The notes below the pieces were generated by a model. It was given only the letters and a program-made list of their open reading frames with translations, had not been told where the DNA came from and did not search any database. Below, piece by piece: positions 60,851 to 64,000 of a stretch of DNA of 64,000 nt. The stretch spans positions 31,000,001 through 31,064,000 of the forward strand of contig CM060734.1 of assembly GCA_030704615.1 (NCBI GenBank). The letters run 5' to 3'. This stretch comes from Takakia lepidozioides (taxonomy: Eukaryota > Plantae > Bryophyta). A program made the position numbers and the translations under genes. The number at the start of each line of letters is the position of its first letter. The stretch's first letter is position 1.

Positions 60851-62698
60851 ATTTATTGACGGTATTAGGTCCTCATACCTCGATAATAGGGTCTGTTTCT
60901 CCTGGTCCAGGATGCAGAATGAGGTATTTCGGCGCCGTTATTCCACGTCACGACTGTAAAACATTGTGTAGGACAGGAAAGAGACAGAAACTTGTAGCCC
61001 TCACAAGCCATTGTACTGACAGGGTAATATATTTAGGGTCAGACGACAGTTGAACTTGCAAACCCCATTCAACACAACATCAACCCCACATTGACATGAC
61101 AGAAAATTACCATACACGCTCGTAATACAAACATCAGGAAACTAGAAGTTTTCATTTTGTACAGCGACAACTCCGAGCTTCCATCATCAGAAATGGACCA
61201 CTGCAGCATAAGAAACTTGTGGAACTACCATAACCCGGAGCCTGTGCCCTCCAATCACCCTCCACAATGATCCTTAACGCTCTATGCTGCTGCGTTAATA
61301 TCCACAACACGAACCACCGAGTCATCGAACCACAGGTCCAGAATTAGGAGTGGCGCGATAGTCGTCCACTGCGCATTGCCGTTTTTTGGATTAAGATGGC
61401 GCACATAAAGATACAAGATATCTATAGAGGTCACGTTCGTGAAAACATGCAGATATTGGAGGCCAGGTGGGACCTCCTCCACAACGTCGTGAAATGCGCA
61501 AACATCCAGGACAAACCTGTACCGATTCTCCCTTAGTATCAACAATATATTCCCTGGCCCAGAAGAGTGACTGAGCAACTCAAGAGCCCTATCCGGGAGC
61601 AAATATTGTGGAGGTGCAGTATAGTTATGGTAGTAAGAGCTCCAGAACTGGCCGCAACAACATCTCATGATGAAGAGACGAACACTCCGTCTTCCAGGTC
61701 TATCTCGCACAACAAGTATCCACTGTTGTCCACTGGCACGCCTCACCTAAACAGAATCCCACAGAAGTGCTCGGAAACTCGTCATCCTGCGTGTACCTTC
61801 ACTGAAGTCCAACTCCACCATAATGTCTCCTATCTCCGGCTCACGCAATTGCGAACCTGGAATCCCGCTCCGTCGAATGCAGGTGGCATTTTCATAGGGC
61901 GGCATTGAGGAAGTGTGTGCCCACCGGGAATGGAGAGGGACAAGTAATCACTGTAGTGTTTCAACACGGATATGCAAACATTGAGAACCCACTACGGAAC
62001 ACCCTCTGACGTGATCTTCTCTGGGGCAATGGCAATACGTGCCCCCATTGGCCGGCAATGGCTATCCACACAGCCGATCGAAAATGACTGTCTAGACCAT
62101 ACGTCCACAAAGGGGCTAGACAGAGAAGGTGCCACGACATTACGGGATGAAATGGTGCTAGAACCACCGGCGTCCCGGCTCGGACCTCCGCATTACGGCA
62201 CTGAAAATAGCACGTCGGCATGAAAACTGTATGGTGCCAGCGGAGTCGGGCACGATTTGCATACTCGGACTTCGGGATTTCTGTGACGAAATAGCAAAAA
62301 TACACCGTCTTAGCGAAATAAAAACTAATGGGAGTAAAGTTCGAACGTATGTTGTGCAGTTCTTGAGCAAGAAAACAATGAAAATTGATTATCCACCTTG
62401 GCACGCGGATGATATTGAGGCGTGGTTTTTTCATCCTGGCGGAGCGCGATATAGACGTTGCAGGATCGTATACAATACAGACATTCATGGCCAATACAGC
62501 CAACTTCGACCGTGCTATTTCGGCGCCGAAATTCCCTTTTGAAATGTGATATACTGGCGTATTTTATGGCGCAGAGCGGGCTATTTCGGCGCCGAAATCC
62601 AAGTGGAATGTGCTGAAGTGCCTTGTGCTGAAGGCTTCCACCGTGCTATTTCGGTGCCGTAATTCCTACGTGAGGCCGCTAGCATCCGTTGGGAGGAT

Positions 62699-63154
62699 AT
62701 GAATGAGAGGTACTGGGTGCCTCGTCGGGATGAAGGGCCATTTCCTCCAGAGTTGCGCAGAGACCCCCAGCAGGAGGAGGTGTTGGACAATTTCAAGGCT
62801 GCCATCACGAATGTTGTAAAGTATTGGCAGTACACATGGCGTGACCAAGTTGCCCTTATTCCAGGGGTGTTCTTGTCACTTCCAAACATATTGGATTTAA
62901 TTGAAAAATTGCATGAAGCCGTAGCAAGAGCGACAAACCCGGCTCTGGCAAATGTGGAAGAGAGTCAGCACTCGCCTAGAACGCTACGCATGATGGCAAG
63001 GGTGGACCACACAACACTGGGTCCCTCTTTGCCCACTCGAGCCCAGGCTCGAGCTCTCCGTACTGGTGGAGACACGTCCTCTACACCCGGAGCATCTTCA
63101 TCAACATCTGGAGATAACGACAACGAAGTAATAAATCTAGATGAAGATGACTAG
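62699..63154 (+). CDS. Hypothetical 151 aa TE-associated ORF
   Basis: Open ATG-to-stop frame with an acidic tail (EVINLDEDD), downstream of palindromic motifs. Confidence 0.35.
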   Translation: MNERYWVPRRDEGPFPPELRRDPQQEEVLDNFKAAITNVVKYWQYTWRDQVALIPGVFLSLPNILDLIEKLHEAVARATNPALANVEESQHSPRTLRMMARVDHTTLGPSLPTRAQARALRTGGDTSSTPGASSSTSGDNDNEVINLDEDD

Positions 63155-63199
63155 AAAGGCTAGAAACGTAGGGAGTAGGCCAAAGGTCTCGGGTTGCGA

Positions 63200-63910
63200 A
63201 AACTTAAATGTGCAACCCACTGTATAGTCTACGTATTTTTTGGAAATACGAGGTTCATCCTTTGAACCATTTTTGAATGACCTCATACTTGTTCGTACCT
63301 GTTTGACGGCATGTACAATATACTGGCAAAGTTTCAAAACAATAAAAAATTGCTAAATGAAGATACCATTGGTTCACCCATTGCAATATTTTAAATCGAA
63401 CTCATACTTATCCGGTACCTTTAAGAGGGCATGTACAATGCAATGGCAAAGTTTGAAAGAATTCAGAAATCGGCACATCAAGTAACCATTGGTTCCTCCT
63501 GTGAACCATTTTTTATTGATCTCATATTTGTCCGGTCCATGTAAGAGGCATGTAGAACATACTGGCAAAATTTCAAATCATTCAAATTTTTTTTGATCAA
63601 GGAACCTTTGGTTTATCCTTTTCACCATTAACGATTAATCACGAATAAATGAATAGACGAATAAATCATTTTCCTCCAAATGATTTTGGTTCGCTTTGAG
63701 ACTTGGCCAGTATATTCAATGTACCATGGAAGAGGCCCCAGAGTAATATGAGATCAACCGAAATTCGTTCAATGGGCCAACGGATGGTTGCCTATCCAAA
63801 AGATTTTCGTTCGCTTTGAGACTTGGCCAGTGTGTTCAATGTACCCTCTGATAGGTCCTAGTGTAATATGAGATCAATCGAAATTCGTTCGATGGGCCAA
63901 TGAGGCGTTC
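63200..63910. repeat. ~120 bp repeats, direct then inverted, related to 47990-48120
   Basis: ggcatgta(c/g)aa..tggcaaa(g/a)ttt occurs three times, then reverse-oriented units. Confidence 0.7.
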
Positions 63911-64000
63911 AGTTGTCATCTGGTTTTTGTTCAATGCGGAAAAGAAATCCTGCAATGCGTGCACGGCTATTGCACTCATTGAACGGATGTGGTTGAAGCC

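Overview
Eukaryotic, repeat-rich land-plant DNA. The PLS-type PPR style, OSB-type PDF motifs and the TE families suggest a non-seed plant, probably a moss (inference). Only one host gene looks intact: a multi-exon SWEET sugar transporter (~24.8-27.2 kb), which sits between two inverted copies of a ~1 kb repeat. The rest is nested mobile DNA. (1) A degenerate Ty3/gypsy retrotransposon whose polyprotein reads Gag-CCHC-protease-C5 DNA methyltransferase-RT (3.4-8.0 kb), fused head-on to a truncated L1-type LINE. (2) MITEs and tRNA-derived SINEs. (3) An RLE-type LINE with a structured 3' RNA end, split by three different CACTA insertions. All three CACTAs carry scrambled pieces of one organelle-type gene family (OSB PDF motif fused to PPR-E/DYW), and one also carries a group II maturase fragment. 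(4) A 14.2 kb Mutator-like element with a 9-10 bp TSD carrying kinase-like, ParB-like, RING-H2 and hAT sequences. All domain calls are by eye from motifs; no searches were run. Boundaries without a TIR or TSD are approximate.
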